DNA of 64,000 bases from Nemertoderma westbladi (taxonomy: Eukaryota; Animalia; Xenacoelomorpha): assembly GCA_032718475.1 (NCBI GenBank), contig JAUCBJ010005260.1, positions 1 through 64,000 of the forward strand. The letters run 5' to 3'. Both the position numbers and the translations under genes were made by a program. The notes under the pieces were generated by a model, which worked only from the letters and a program-made list of their open reading frames with translations, was not told the DNA's origin and made no database searches. The stretch's first letter is position 1. Each line of letters opens with the position of its first letter. Of the stretch, positions 24,101 through 34,961 are shown piece after piece.

Positions 24101-27100
24101 TCGAATACCAGCGAGAGGAGCGAGGAGGATTCCTAAAATTAGAAGATGTGTACCTTTTAATATCCAGGGAGGCGGTAGTAGAAACTCGATCTAACTATAC
24201 CGACCAGCACATCGTGGCAGAAGGAATCACACTGCCATCCTCCAGCCGACAAAAACCCCAGACAACATCCACAAAGACGGCCACTTATGCCACACCGACG
24301 GAATCACGACAATTCTCAGACGGGAATAGAGTATCTGCGCCCATTGGAACGAAACAGACGAGACAGCAACTCAGCGCCGACTTCAACGGCTGCCAATACT
24401 GCGAACATTTAGGTAAGCGGTATATTGGTCACAAGTTACGAGGTTGTCGACAATTTCGCGAGTTGAACTCAGAAGAACGACGGCTGCAGATACGGCCACT
24501 GGACTCTTGTTGGCGGTGTACGCGACACGGACACGTCCGTAAGGATTGCCCAAATACCGACACTTGTCCATCCTGTGGACGCAACCACGACGGTCTGCTC
24601 CACACAGACAGCCACACGCCGACGAAACGCTTCGCCAGGGAACACCCGGAAGCAGCAGCGAGATGTGATGCGGCTTACCGAAAACGAGAATCGAAAACGA
24701 CTCCGACTTTCGTGACCCATATAGAGGATTGCTTTTCAGAACAATCCGGATCGTCGGACGAAGAATCAGAAGACGACGAATATTCAAATGGAGACGAACA
24801 ACCGTCAATCGCGCTTCTAACCACTGACCAACTGAAGGGATTCAGTGTAATCCCGATTAAGATCACTGGCACGAAGGGGAGTAAGAGGATCTACGCGATT
24901 CTAGATTCAGCCTCATCTCACAGTTACGTGGATGAAAAGATAGCTGACGTCGTAACGGATCTAAGACAAGGTAAACACATCAGTTATACAGTAAGTAGTA
25001 TGCACGGCCAGCGTGCAATACCAGTGACACGAGTTAAGTTGGACTTAGACTCTCTTCTTCCAAAATCGCAACACAGCGAGAGGGAGAGGTCTTTGTTGCC
25101 CTTTAGAGATCTAACCTTTGCTGCCACGAAGGACTTTAGTAACCTACTAGGTCCAGTGCCGGAACAATCTCTGGAGGACCGTAAGTATTTCAGACACCTT
25201 GGTGTACCCGAATGTCCTGTCAATTATAGATCGGTAGCAATGCTGATCGGGACGGACCAATTCAACCTACATCAGGTGTGGGAAACCAGACCATCGGCAG
25301 TTGTAGCGGGAAACGCATACGCCTGCAGAACGCCGATAGGGTGGTATACTCGAGCGCCTGTGCGCACACTAGACGTAAGTGACGAGGAAGACGATGTACA
25401 GAGTACATGTAGTTTATTAACTACAAATTCAATTCATTCCTTTTCACACGACGTGAACCATACTACACTACAGTCGACAAAACATGACAGACGTGTAACT
25501 AGTATGATAAGTCACAAGGAGCAGCTAACCCACCAGGTGAGTTTAGAACTTGGGGAGAAGACGAATCAGCTAGAGATTCCATCGACGACAGATGATAGGC
25601 TTGCGAGTCTACCTACCCCAATAACCTCAACAGTGCCCGTCGACATCGACGATGACGCGTTGAAAATTCATCAGTTGGAACAAGCCGCCTTGGACAAAGA
25701 ATTAACGGAGAAGACTATCAGGTGGTTAGAACAAGATACAGCTGAACCTGGTAGCTACGAACCTTGTATGTCGGAACAGGAGAAACAATCTCTGAAGATC
25801 ATGGAAGAGACTATCCGACAGACGGAGGACGGACATTACGAGGTGGGGATGTTATGGCGTAGCCAAAGTCCTAAACTTATAAATAACTACCCACTGGCTT
25901 TGAGACGTCTACACTCAATACGACAACGTCTATTAAAGGACGAGAAAGCCCATCTGCAGTACAACACTCAGATGGAGACGTATTTGACTGAAGGATACGC
26001 TATCCGAATGACTAACCCGGAGCGAGTGACCGACCAGACATACTACCTGCCACATCACTATGTGAGACATCCCGACAAACCAGATAAGGTACGCGTAGTC
26101 AATGACTGTGCGGCTCTGTTTGAGGGAATGTCCCTCAATAGTGAGTTGATGGATGGACCGAACATGAATAATTATCTTATGGGGGTGATTATGCGCTTCC
26201 GTCAGCGTCAAGTAGCCTTTACTTGCGACGTTGAAGCGATGTTTCACCAAGTAAAAGCGTTAGAGCGAGACAGAGACAGTTTGCGGTTTCTCTGGTATCC
26301 GGAAGGGGACTTAAGTCTACCACCAGCGACTTACCAAATGCAAGTTCGCGTTTTCGGTGCCAGAGACAGCCCAAATTGTACGATGTACGCCTTGAAGCAA
26401 GCCGCTAGAGATCAGAAACATCTGTATGACCCAGAGATAATTAGAATTGTAGAACGTGACTTTTACGTTGACGACGGATTACAGAGTTGCGACACAGTAG
26501 AACGTGCTACAACAGTAGCACATCAATTACGGGACTGCTTGGCGGGCGGAGGTTTTAACCTCACCAAATTCGCCTCAAACAGTGCCGAATTAGTTGACTC
26601 ATTCGGAACTACTGAGCGTGGAGGTGGTGACATAGACCTAGAGTTCGAACCACTACCGACGACTAAGGTGTTGGGGCTCTTTTGGGACCCAAACACAGAC
26701 AACTTTCGAGTGAAGGTGAGACTGGACAGTCAAGGAGACACACTGACCAAGAGATCATGCTTGTCAAAGTTGAGCCGATTGTTCGATCCGTTAGGATTCA
26801 TCAGTCCAGTAATACTGCAAGCTCGCATTTATATGCGCAGTATATGGAAGGATGGACTAACGTGGGACGAGCCGATCTCATCAGACCAAGTGGACTTATG
26901 GAAGACCTGGGAGGCGGAATTGTCTTCGCTAGAGGATTATTTCATACCCAGGGTTTACTTTCCATTACAGAGTACATTTCCTGACAACTTGGAACTACAC
27001 TGTTTTTCTGACGCCAGTGACAACGGTTTTGGTGTGGCAGCGTATTTGCGCAGACAAGTAGAATCGGACGAGTTCGATGTTTCGCTCATTACTTCTAAGG

Positions 27101-29856
27101 CTAAGACCATGCCCACTAAGTATATGACGACACCACGAGCCGAGCTACAAGCCGCGACCCTGTCAACCACCATCGTGAACCTCATACAGACAGAACTACA
27201 GTCGAGTTTACAGATATTTTATTGGACTGACGCGACGTTGGTTTTATTTTACATAAACAACGACACACTCGAATTCAAGACATTCGTAGCTAACCGTCGC
27301 GCAGAGATTCTAGACCGTTCGATAAAAGAGGATTGGCGACATTGTCCAGGACCACAAAACCCAGCTGATATTGCGTCGCGAGGAATGATGCCTGAGGAAT
27401 TCTGTAAACCGGAGAACAAAGAGTTTTGGCAACACGGACCCCAGTTCTTGCAGAAATCGACACAAGATTGGCCTCCGTTATACGACAACAAATCCAACAC
27501 CATTCCTAAGGACGCCGAAATCAAGAAACCAAAAAAGGGGAAGACAAAGAAAAAGACGACGGCGGCAAAACTCAAGAAAAAACCGAAGGCGAAATGGAAA
27601 GATATAACTTCAAAGGTCAAGAGAGGAAGACTTGCGAGCCTTTCTACACCAGACATATCGCCAGACGGTCAACCAGACATATCGCCAGACGGTCAACCAG
27701 ACACGTTACTAGACAGTCAACCAGACATTTTGCCAGACATATCACAAAATGTTCCACCAGACGCTAGTAACACACTGACAAACAGTAAAGCCGCAGTTTC
27801 TCTATTGGAGCGGCCTTCTATTGACAAACAACTAGATACGTTACCAGACGTATCGCCAGACACATTACTAGACAGTCGACTAGACACTAGTAATGTATTG
27901 ACTAACGATAAAGCCGCAGTTTCCCTATTGGAGCAGCCTTGTATTGACAAACTACCGATTTTGACACACTTGAGCAACCATAAGCACGGTGAAACCTCAT
28001 GTATTACAGATGTGGGTAGTACCTACGCTAATGTAAATACAGGTGTTACTTTGCGCTCAAGAGACATACCGAACTTACAACCTACGGTGAGACCTGGGAT
28101 TAATGTCGGCAGGAAAATAAGTTTACCGAAACCTGCTGACCCCATAGAGTTCAAACCACCATTAACGATCGACTTACAAAGTACCGACAATCAAGGTAAG
28201 AGGACAAAGGGGGACAAATTACTTGTAGACCCGGACGGATCAACAGTCAACAAGGGAATACCTACCGGCGGACCCGTGGGCCCTTCTAGTAATTTAAAAC
28301 CTTCCAAATTCTCCATTGACTTACCTGATGACGTCACAAATACTTACGTCGACCGAATTGTAAACTTAACAGACTCTTGGTCAAACGCTTGCCGAAAATT
28401 AGCGTGGATTGTACGTTTCGTACAATACGTTAAAGGCAAACGTGACTTTACACGTCGACTTACATTGGCTGAGATTGACAGGTGTGAGATTCAATTAATT
28501 CGCCATTATCAACTGCGATATTTCGCGCGCGAATTCACATCTATAAATCAAGGTCAACCAATCAAGTCGTCACCAATACTGAGTTGGAGTCCGATTATTT
28601 ATAATGGCTTAATTTGTCACAAATCTCGGCTTCAAAACATTGACTTTAACACAAACTTTAGGTACCCAATAATAATACCGCAACATCACGAACTACAACG
28701 TGCAATGATACTGGACGCACATTTACATCTGAAACACGCTGGAAGACACCACTGTCTTTCCTACTTACGTACTAGATTTGTATTAATTAGACCCAGTAAA
28801 GCATTAAGTTCAGTGACACGTACGTGTATTATTTGTAAAAAGGTACATTCTAGAATAGGTACCCAAGAAATGAGTGAACTACCACAAGCACGACTTCAAG
28901 CATTCAGACCACCTTTTACAGAGACTGGAATTGATTGCTTTGGTCCCATACATACGAAACGTGGACGTATACTAGTAAAACGCTGGGGACTGATTTTCAC
29001 ATGTATGTCCAGTAGGGCAGTCCACATTGAACGTGTGATGGATCTTTCCACCAACGCGTTTATACTAGCACTGCGGCGATTTATCGCTAGACGCGGACTA
29101 GTAAAATGCTTGTACTCAGACCAAGGGACAAACTTTGTTGGTGCTCGGAATGAGATTGCTAGAGCCTTTAAGAAATTAGATCATGATCAAATCTCGAACG
29201 AACTGCAACCTCACAAGATTGTTTGGAAGTTTAATCCTCCAGATAGTCCTTGGAGAGGCGGAGTCTGGGAGAGATTGATTAGATCTATCAAGACAGCCAT
29301 GGCAAAGGTCATTCCAGTAAACCACATACTAACAGACGACCAACTGACAACATTGTTTGTTGAAATCGAGGCAATACTAAATACTAGACCAATAGTATTA
29401 GTACCCGATAACAAACAATCTCAGTTTGCTTTGACACCGGCACACCTGCTTATGCAGGCACCGACCACATTGACGCCGATTTCCATTCCAATGGAAAGCG
29501 ATAGTTACGGTAGAAAAGCTTGGAAAATCACGCAACTACTGGCTAACAAATTCTGGGAAATATGGCAAAACCATTATTTGCCCTCTATTTCTGCCAGAAC
29601 AACTTGGTATAATAACACCCGCGCATTAAAGCCGGGAGATCACGTGCTGTTGGCAGAAGTGAATCTAAAAAGACGCTTCTGGATAACAGGTGTAATTTTA
29701 GCCACACATCCATCTATGGATGGAGTGACAAGGACTGTGACGGTACGGACAATTGACGGTCGTACAGTAGACAGACCGACTCAACGTCTCGTACTTCTTG
29801 AAGAGACTCGTAACGAGTCTGGAGACTACAAATCTCCACCTAATACTAGTAAATAA
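21145..29856 (+). CDS. gag-pol: BEL/Pao Gag-Pol polyprotein (Gag, 3 CCHC, PR, RT, RNase H, IN)
   Basis: PPKFSGSSKHW; CWRCTRHGHVRKDC; AILDSAS; YYLPHH...KVRVVNDC; FYVDD; LFDPLG; CFSDAS; NPADIASRG; HLHLKH...CIIC; GIDCFGP, SDQGTNF, GGVWERLI. Single ORF in PR-RT-RH-IN order, typical of BEL/Pao. Confidence 0.97.
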   Translation: MSDKQDYTKNTQTDYDSCDADKSAAEEQQGKTREPTEPTPCASPVHPTGVPDAVVRGDGRTEDFLTVPQPRYRETEMVSSAGSTESVVRSVGGYMAHITRSIGEDQRILDGLTAPMSRFEFYTLQVRVQSKVYKSVDNLVGLQDLARQRQDMDTQLRILEKLMITREKLIQFKSTIRQIQQEQADQLLGESVSDELLQPEEEQELYRLDGQLKHLTDHLRMCGEDVGDLETVPEYTRETPFAQIESAPGILNQSLVSIRSEICEGSMVTSEVARQQQQFYRQQHEMEEQAQLLMIQTAVEEEKIRVANVARISHLQEQAELEAAEMERLELDIAQQAAAAELAQRTATAELERQTAAAAAAAELERQTAAAELERQTAAAELERQTAAAELERQRLVSEARVEMKTRQIKAQQAIRQAEFEAQQQQTEQREKEVKLRFELEKRARELAETKENLDLLARDRSMRSRDGHDLDQLEVRHRQIQERKKEGSIGAPGRERQLVKDVCQRFPQVTHMFAPVTTKEPVSIAGSSDISPIHGATEHRFVIPNEFIPPRATSSPIPKVKVSNPPITDRSSLLVRPALLTTKQVSPPLTPKPVTHYDYPMTFRPTRPLDSNAVVRPPFNQFTSQSTTSRKTCEPTEQWRTVDTRPVQFTSQSTTSRKTCEPTEQRRTVDDVPKRAVRIRTTQRTRARRPPYPDDSSTSSESDYPKREVFRTGAADEYKRERSDNSFADNPPQNTPTQKALQPTDAISTQQFADILRPVVNKLAQIEERLEEVQTDSSRNTEFEHNRHPKAPQRPVPSNPTSYQGKAPRRENINQVTNQGRETLNVAEEIAKFAARQGLPVQQPPKFSGSSKHWHTFVDYIESQIAVCAFTSREKFNYLLQTLSGEPKRLAETFVGVPDAFELAYDRLTSIYGGTVSMARSVIEELCKGGAITKPVDLLKLADEIKNAITTLRSIGQLDYGNTPTVLLKIIGRLHHRLRRGWRKVEYQREERGGFLKLEDVYLLISREAVVETRSNYTDQHIVAEGITLPSSSRQKPQTTSTKTATYATPTESRQFSDGNRVSAPIGTKQTRQQLSADFNGCQYCEHLGKRYIGHKLRGCRQFRELNSEERRLQIRPLDSCWRCTRHGHVRKDCPNTDTCPSCGRNHDGLLHTDSHTPTKRFAREHPEAAARCDAAYRKRESKTTPTFVTHIEDCFSEQSGSSDEESEDDEYSNGDEQPSIALLTTDQLKGFSVIPIKITGTKGSKRIYAILDSASSHSYVDEKIADVVTDLRQGKHISYTVSSMHGQRAIPVTRVKLDLDSLLPKSQHSERERSLLPFRDLTFAATKDFSNLLGPVPEQSLEDRKYFRHLGVPECPVNYRSVAMLIGTDQFNLHQVWETRPSAVVAGNAYACRTPIGWYTRAPVRTLDVSDEEDDVQSTCSLLTTNSIHSFSHDVNHTTLQSTKHDRRVTSMISHKEQLTHQVSLELGEKTNQLEIPSTTDDRLASLPTPITSTVPVDIDDDALKIHQLEQAALDKELTEKTIRWLEQDTAEPGSYEPCMSEQEKQSLKIMEETIRQTEDGHYEVGMLWRSQSPKLINNYPLALRRLHSIRQRLLKDEKAHLQYNTQMETYLTEGYAIRMTNPERVTDQTYYLPHHYVRHPDKPDKVRVVNDCAALFEGMSLNSELMDGPNMNNYLMGVIMRFRQRQVAFTCDVEAMFHQVKALERDRDSLRFLWYPEGDLSLPPATYQMQVRVFGARDSPNCTMYALKQAARDQKHLYDPEIIRIVERDFYVDDGLQSCDTVERATTVAHQLRDCLAGGGFNLTKFASNSAELVDSFGTTERGGGDIDLEFEPLPTTKVLGLFWDPNTDNFRVKVRLDSQGDTLTKRSCLSKLSRLFDPLGFISPVILQARIYMRSIWKDGLTWDEPISSDQVDLWKTWEAELSSLEDYFIPRVYFPLQSTFPDNLELHCFSDASDNGFGVAAYLRRQVESDEFDVSLITSKAKTMPTKYMTTPRAELQAATLSTTIVNLIQTELQSSLQIFYWTDATLVLFYINNDTLEFKTFVANRRAEILDRSIKEDWRHCPGPQNPADIASRGMMPEEFCKPENKEFWQHGPQFLQKSTQDWPPLYDNKSNTIPKDAEIKKPKKGKTKKKTTAAKLKKKPKAKWKDITSKVKRGRLASLSTPDISPDGQPDISPDGQPDTLLDSQPDILPDISQNVPPDASNTLTNSKAAVSLLERPSIDKQLDTLPDVSPDTLLDSRLDTSNVLTNDKAAVSLLEQPCIDKLPILTHLSNHKHGETSCITDVGSTYANVNTGVTLRSRDIPNLQPTVRPGINVGRKISLPKPADPIEFKPPLTIDLQSTDNQGKRTKGDKLLVDPDGSTVNKGIPTGGPVGPSSNLKPSKFSIDLPDDVTNTYVDRIVNLTDSWSNACRKLAWIVRFVQYVKGKRDFTRRLTLAEIDRCEIQLIRHYQLRYFAREFTSINQGQPIKSSPILSWSPIIYNGLICHKSRLQNIDFNTNFRYPIIIPQHHELQRAMILDAHLHLKHAGRHHCLSYLRTRFVLIRPSKALSSVTRTCIICKKVHSRIGTQEMSELPQARLQAFRPPFTETGIDCFGPIHTKRGRILVKRWGLIFTCMSSRAVHIERVMDLSTNAFILALRRFIARRGLVKCLYSDQGTNFVGARNEIARAFKKLDHDQISNELQPHKIVWKFNPPDSPWRGGVWERLIRSIKTAMAKVIPVNHILTDDQLTTLFVEIEAILNTRPIVLVPDNKQSQFALTPAHLLMQAPTTLTPISIPMESDSYGRKAWKITQLLANKFWEIWQNHYLPSISARTTWYNNTRALKPGDHVLLAEVNLKRRFWITGVILATHPSMDGVTRTVTVRTIDGRTVDRPTQRLVLLEETRNESGDYKSPPNTSK

Positions 29857-30512
29857 TTAGGAGTTTACAAATAGATTCCACGTACCTGTACACCGTAGTA
29901 AGGACAGCGGTAGAATTCCATTGTCTTTATATGTGAACATTGAGGGTAGTACCCTTATGTGTCACATAGGAGCGGGATTTGTAGGTATAAGAAATGGAAT
30001 TCTACTTGGAACTCACAATATTGAGACATTTTCGAAATTTTAGACAATCCATTTGGATTTGAAAAATTTTTAAAATTTTCTCCAGTGAATAGATTCCAGG
30101 GTACAGTCGGGTGGAACTTAAAATTAGAGAAACAAGAGAGGAAGACTTGCGAGCCTTTCTTAAAATTTTAATTAAATTTTACACGGTCTTGTTTCAATAA
30201 GTTACGTCAAAATAGACTCCCCTATATTTATTACTAATTCTTGACTGCTTATTTTCTGATAATAGTTTGGGATCAAAAAGTGAGTATTTTAGACTCACGG
30301 CCAGTTTAGCCCAAATTCGTTTTTATTTCGGCAAAAATTTTAGATAAGAAGCAGCGTGTCATTAAAGAAACCCTAGATCTTAGGCTATGGGTAGGAGGTT
30401 AGAGCGTTGTCGAGCCCAAAGGGCAGACGAAACTCTCACGTCTCCTCACAACTAACTACAAACTCTGTTGTATTCCCTCTAGTAGTAATGATTATGTAAC
30501 TACACCCTAATT

Positions 30513-32215
30513 ATGGAGAAAGGGATACAAGGAGAGCCGAGATGGGGATATGATATCCAAGAGGAGGCAGCAGCGCCATTCGAAAGATTTGGAGCCAAGG
30601 ATTACACTATATTTGGTATAAAGGAATTATCAGAAAGTACAGCGAAGCTCGCAAAGACAGCAATGCCTTTACTCGAGCAGGATTTAGCATATTTCGAGAC
30701 GTGTATCTTCGCTGTGCGGGATCTCTTATCGAAAGACCATCTATGTTTACATTGTTACCCTATGAAGGAGAACGTATCGTGGAGATTATGGATGAATCAC
30801 GGCAGACGCGCGCGCCTATCGGTCACCTTGGTGATGAATTCGAAGTAACTACTACGATCGCCGACGATCCTTTAGAGGAACTTCTTGAGATAGAAAGGAA
30901 CCTCCCGAAGAAATCTCAGACGGAGATTCGACAACTTGAAGCAACAGATGCTATAGTTTGTATACAACCTTCAGAAACCTACCAACCCATAGACCCAGAT
31001 GATTACGATTATAGTATGGGAGGAAGCGCTCGACCGATTGGAGATCTTATATACGAACGAGTGTGGTACCCTGCCAATACGATGTGTAATAAATGTGGCG
31101 TCGCTGGACATCATATGGCAAAGTGCAGTGGAAAGCACATTACTACGACTCAGCTAATCTGTGGATGGTGTGGGGATCAAGGGTCTCATACCTTTTATAC
31201 TTGCTGGAGATTTATGGCTCAATGTACTTACTGCAATATAAAGGGACATCGAGCATCTGAATGCCAACTAAGGGACATACCTTATGAACACGAATCTGTA
31301 AAACTCGTGAGGAAGTTATTTGATGAGTGGGAAGATTTAGCCGACGAACATGTATCGGCACAAAGAAGACGGTTTCCGATGAGAGCGCATCTCGGATTTT
31401 GGGCGGTAAATCCTCAAACGATGATGTCGGAAGGATACATCTCCGCTATGCCTCAGTACGACGAACTTATCGAGGTTGTCGATATTTTGCCCCACGACAG
31501 CGGATTCCGAGTGGTGCGCGAGTATCTGTTACAGATTCACCCGGATAACAAAAACATGTGGAATTTTCAGAAAGTCGTAAATCGTATCACGTATGGTGAA
31601 TTTGATCGTTTCCGAACCGAAAAGCGGAATAAAGGAGCTTGGTTAACCGTCGCATGGGCGTACCGAGCCGCGTTTTACCATAAACGTATACGAGCGAGCG
31701 TATTCGAGGAAGAAGAGGTCCTAGAGGCGACGAATATATCAGCCACTCCGGTTGCGCCGTCTGCACGTCACCCTCGGGAGGACGGGCAGGGTAGGATCAT
31801 ACGGGTCCAGAAGGTGGGCCAACAATTGAAGAAAATTATTAATGTAGAAGAACGCAAGGGAGTTGAGCCGACTATTCGAGTTACTCGGGATACGGTATCA
31901 CTTCCAAGAGAACCGGTAGGAGGATCGGGACATACACCAGCTGATCAACAGGGGGCGCAAGCTACTCTTGGGTCTGCGTCGTCCGCTTCTCACGCGTTCC
32001 CAGACGTTCTACCAACTGTAGCGACGACTGATCGGTCACGAGGAATTGGTCGAGGTTTTGGGATGCCAAATAGACGAATTTGCGAGGAAATAGTTGCACC
32101 GTCTCTCAACGTCCCAAGTAAACCAGTGACTCGCCCCATTAGTCCCATATCGCGAGCAAAGTCACCTGTGCGCAGTTTTCGAGGACGCGGCAGGGCTCGA
32201 TCTACTAAGCGATAA
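30513..32215 (+). CDS. Accessory ORF of B after pol: triple Zn-knuckle protein with basic tail (two overlapping frames, 30513-30848 and 30701-32215)
   Basis: CNKCGVAGHHMAKC, CGWCGDQGSHTFYTC, CTYCNIKGHRASEC; homologous to the C-terminal part of ORF 39860-41749; branch-like ACTAAC (30451) and pyrimidine-rich AG (30481-30482) upstream. Confidence 0.75.
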
Positions 32216-32329
32216 AAGGGAGGGCAAGGGTGGACGGAAGACTCGTGGGCCTTTCTTATGATTTGTGATTTATTTTGAATTATATGTTTTATATTTAGAA
32301 AATTTAGTAAACTTATATTTTATATTTGT

Positions 32330-32800
32330 GCTTATTTCGAACTTATGCAATTTGTATTGTTCCGAATTTATGAAATTTAGAAATAAGAACTCATATTTAG
32401 TAAACTTATATTTAGTAAGAATTTATATTTTATATTTACGTGATTATTTCGAACTTATGCAATTTATATTATTCTGAACTTATGCAATTTATATTATTCC
32501 AAACTTATGCAATTTGTATTGTTCCGAATATTATGCAATTTATATCTTATAAGCAGTATTTGTATTTACAGTAAAAGAGAAAGTTTTATAGACAGAAAAT
32601 TTGTGCTCAGAAAGACTCATATTTGTAATTATTCCAAACTTATGCAATCTACATTTAGGTACGAAAGTATTTGTAATTACTTGAATTTATGCAATATTTG
32701 GGATGCAATAGTAGATGGAAGACTCGCGAGCCTTTCTTATTGTTTTCATTTATTTGTATTTGTAATTGTTTGAATTTATGCAATATCTGAGATGCAATAG
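32330..32800 (+). repeat. AT-rich degenerate tandem repeats in the 3' UTR of B
   Basis: Recurring aacttatgcaattt(a/g)tatt units. Confidence 0.75.
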
Positions 32801-33033
32801 ATTTATATTGGTGAATTTAATTTAGATTTATATTGTACTTACTTAGTAAAGCCTTAAATACGTAAAGTTTGAATTTGTAATTATTTTTGTATCGAATCAT
32901 TACGTAGAAAGGAAGTATTGTTTGAAATTTAATTGTAAATATGTAAGTACGCCCTAAGTATTCTATAGTTTGATTGATTATTGGTGAAAACCGTATATTT
33001 TAAGCACGATAATATCCTGTTTTCATGGAGCGG

Positions 33034-34956
33034 TATAGAATTATATTCCCTAAATGCCGTGGATTTTCAAAATTTTTATTTTATTCGAATTAACTTTGTA
33101 AAGATTGCTTTGAGTTCTCATTAGTATTGGTTCTATCTATTGTGTATCTATCGGTCAAGTGGTTCAGTAGCTCAGTTGGTAGAGCGTTGGAAATTATATG
33201 TGTAGTAGGTATCGAGTTCGAATCCTAGTAAGTGCGAATTATTTTTTGTGCAGAATTTCAACTCATTTAAATTAACCGCTACAAATTAATTGCATTTGTC
33301 TGTACCAATAAGGCTGTAGTTATTTGATTGTAACCAATGTCGTGCAAGTTATATATTAGCTGGACCAATAAGCTATCTTTAAAACCTTGTTAGAACCCAT
33401 AGAACAATCGAGAATTTTCTCGATTGATTGCAGCACAAATTTAGTATATAAAGGTGCGATTCGTTCATTAGTTATCAATCTCTCAATCTTGTATTTCAAT
33501 CTATACTTCTCAGATTTATTCTGTCGTGCTTAGTTTATTCTCAGATTACATTGTATTATAATTGTATCTTCTGTAATAAAGTCAGAATATTCTCTCAGCT
33601 TTTCTGTTTTACTATGAATTCACTACGGTGAACAAACTCGGGGACAGGATGGCCAGCTAGAGATCGGGCCGCAGCAATGAACGGGAACATCACGGGAATG
33701 TAGACGAGAGACAACCCGCAATACCATCTAGTGTTATTCGCCCATCGCCTGAAAGGTTAGACAGCGTTCGATCCTTGCTACCTAAGTATAAGACCAAAAG
33801 ATCAAAAGGTAGACGCAGTGACACGCTGTAAGCCCAAAATTACATCATAGGGACTGTACTGTCTTGATTCAGGAAAAAACCGCAGTAGACCTTCATATTC
33901 CTACGGGGGGAGGGAAAGCGCAGGCAGATACTAGTACGCAGATAGGACGTAGGCACACCGGTACAAGGCATACACATTGGTTAGGGTGCAGCAAACTGTA
34001 CGCTTAACTCTTGCTAAGTACAGGTGTGTGTGCGACTATTTGCCGTACAACGGTGTCCAGTGCATTAGAACTTGTAGGCTAGGGGGGTTGCTGTGTTTTC
34101 ACCTGAATTGGGATTGTACCGTTCAGGCGGTAGGGCAGTTTACGCTAGGCGCAAAATAAATTGAGGCTATCAGGGATATACTAACATCTACCGTGTCCCC
34201 GCCAACGCCCTAATAGGAAGTTACCCGGACTACCTGGGTGACTAAAATTCTAGATAGGAGCCAGGATAGCTATTAGTACCCGTACGCCTACAGTAGTAAA
34301 CTAACACATCTCTTCTTAGTATCAGGGACCTGGTACCTAAAATTGCCGAATTCTGGGCGTAGTATTAACCTTATGCCTGAATTTGAGTCCTGGAAATACG
34401 CAAGAGGGGAAGGAACCTTACCATTCGTGAGTATTGGACCTACAAGTTACAAATTAGAATATTCGTAAAATGCACACCGTACCCAGTAATTATATATGTG
34501 AAGGAGCAAAACTGCTTTTGACCGTTCAGAATTAACACACGCGCGTTAGAAATTATTTACACCTCAAAATATATAAAATTAACTTAGTCCGTACTGTGCT
34601 TTGCCCGCTAGTTAGACATCTCCAAATCTGCTCTGTACCTAGCTAGCGTCCTTTCGCCCAACCATATAAATCACACCGCGGCAAAGTATACGAGCCTCTT
34701 AGTCCGTCAGTGAGTCAGCCTGATTTTAGGATTCGCTGCGCGGGATTTTGTTTTATCGAAGTTTGTCCGCTCGTAGACTGTTTTCTGCCTCACCGGTTAA
34801 AAGAGATAGATACTGCAATATATTCGCTTACTTAGGGTTTACTGTTTTGGTGAGAAGGTCGGATTTATGATTTGATTTACAAACTTTACAGTAGGATATT
34901 GCAGGTATTGTTACCGTCTCTTCCGATAGTAGGAATAGGCGTATCTCTCCAATTTA
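33034..34956 (+). repeat. 3' LTR of element B
   Basis: Direct repeat of 18415-20337, preceded by GGAGCGG, followed by TSD CATCG. Confidence 0.93.
33161..33247 (+). ncRNA. tRNA-derived Pol III unit in 3' LTR of B
   Basis: Copy of 18542-18628. Confidence 0.65.
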
Positions 34957-34961
34957 CATCG

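Larger units (their letters stand above)
18415..34956 (+). mobile_element. BEL/Pao LTR retrotransposon B, apparently intact, nested in A
   Basis: 1923-bp direct repeats; TSD CATCG at 18410-18414 and 34957-34961; excision restores A protease (QILIGQNAHE...AVRTRVGWYLTGP); uninterrupted 2903-aa gag-pol. Confidence 0.95.
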
